NCBI RefSeq assembly: GCF_000143415.4
Contig: NW_003314313.1
Coordinates: 1,019,430-1,083,429 of the forward strand
Reading direction: 5' to 3'
Length of the DNA: 64,000 nucleotides
From: Selaginella moellendorffii
Lineage: Eukaryota > Plantae > Lycopodiophyta
This document shows positions 62,776 to 64,000 of the stretch, one piece after another. Position 1 is the first letter of the stretch, and the number at the start of each line of letters is the position of its first letter. The notes beneath the pieces are model-generated. The model was not told the origin of the DNA and ran no database searches. It saw only the letters and a program-made list of their open reading frames with translations. Position numbers and translations under genes: made by a program.

Positions 62776-64000
62776 ATGGCGCAGTCGGTGTCGCTGGAAT
62801 CTCTGGGCGCCTGGGCGAACGAGCTCCAGCGCTCGAGGAGTACCCGGAGTGGGAGCGTGAGGAACTGGAGATTGAGCTCGGATAGTGTGTTTGGGCAATC
62901 CGTGTACCAGCAGCATGCCGAGGACGACGAGGAGGCGCTCAAATGGGCGGCAATCGAGAGGCTTCCTACCTATGATCGCCTGGGCACTACCATTCTCACC
63001 AATTATGTCGAAGGCAACAGGTTAAATCGCCAAGTGGTGAGCATCGAGAACATCGGTCCAGTGGAGCGCCAGGAATTCATAAACAAGCTCATCCAAGTCA
63101 CCGAGGAGGATAACGAGAAATTCTTGCGCAAGCTTCGAAAGCGCATTGACAGGTATGTGTGTTCTTTGGAGTTTATTTCTTTGACTGATCCTTTTTTTTC
63201 TTTTTTTTTGTTTGCTTCTATAGAGTTTCTATACAATTGCCTACTATCGAGGTGCGTTTTCAAGATGTCACTGTACAAGCGGACTGCTATCTCGGAACGA
63301 GAGCTTTGCCAACTCTGTGGAACGCTACCCGAAATACCATCGAGGTTCTTCTTTTTGTTTCTTTTTCTTTTTCTGTACTTGACATTGTTTTCCTTTCTTT
63401 TTCGGTGATACAGGGGATATTAGACGCATCTAAATTGTTGCCAATGAAGAAGACGTCCATGACTATACTTCACAACGTCAGTGGTATTATCAAACCTGGG
63501 AGGTATGTTTAGAACTGGTGGTCGTTTTGTTTCTTATTGTCTTGTCATACAGGATGACTCTGCTGCTCGGTCCACCTGGTTCTGGAAAGACCAGTTTGCT
63601 ACTTGCTCTTGCGGGAAAGCTCGATCCCGCCCTGAAGGTAAGCTGAAGTCATAAGATCACCCTTTAAATGACATCGCATGTAATCCAGGTCGAGGGCCAG
63701 ATTTCATACAACGGTCATTCTCTTGAAGAGTTTGTGCCTCAGAAGACCTCAGCCTATATCAGCCAGCACGATTTTCATCTAGGAGAACTGACCGTCAGAG
63801 AAACTCTAGAATTCTCATCGCAATGCCAAGGTGTTGGAGCAAGATATGGTGAGTACTGAGCTACCCTGGTCCGTCAGTCTTCTTCAGTCAGGCATGTTAA
63901 CCTTATTCACCTCTAGGGGATTTCTACAGAAATGTTGGCAGAGCTGGCTAGGAGAGAAAAACGAGCCGGCATTTTTCCTGAGGCCGACATCGACTTCTTT
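62776..64000 (+). CDS. Pleiotropic drug resistance (full-size ABCG) transporter, 5' part
   Basis: [58 protein letters not shown] and [23 protein letters not shown]. Confidence 0.95.

Overview
Eukaryotic plant nuclear DNA, most likely a lycophyte such as Selaginella. This is an inference from the very short (about 50-60 bp) introns, tiny intergenic gaps and PPR genes built from long runs of 31-aa short motifs. The window has five zones. (1) 1-15.3 kb, gene-dense: Tas-like aldo-keto reductase, PPR-E, PEX1, an At5g19025-like gene, a second PPR-E and a class III peroxidase. (2) 16-27 kb: an orphan spliced gene with motifs resembling a fungal/phage-type family, a run of decayed but intron-containing gene fragments (peroxidase, RLK, RsgA, MED18, MFAP1, DIM1, PPR) and a frameshifted UGT. 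(3) 27-46 kb, AT-rich nested retroelement island: a chromovirus remnant, a three-LTR TRIM whose LTRs carry a 5S rRNA internal promoter (Cassandra-like), a solo LTR, tRNA T-arm hairpin repeats, a short-LTR non-autonomous element and a GDSL pseudogene. (4) 46-53 kb: a potato-I protease inhibitor missed by the ORF track, tRNA-Ile, an LRX and tRNA-Gln. (5) 53-64 kb, gene-dense: CBP80/ABH1, a COMMD2 orthologue, a DnaJ-DUF3752 gene, a GDSL lipase and the start of a PDR/ABCG transporter. Family assignments come from motif recognition by eye, with no database searches. Boundaries of degenerate elements are approximate.
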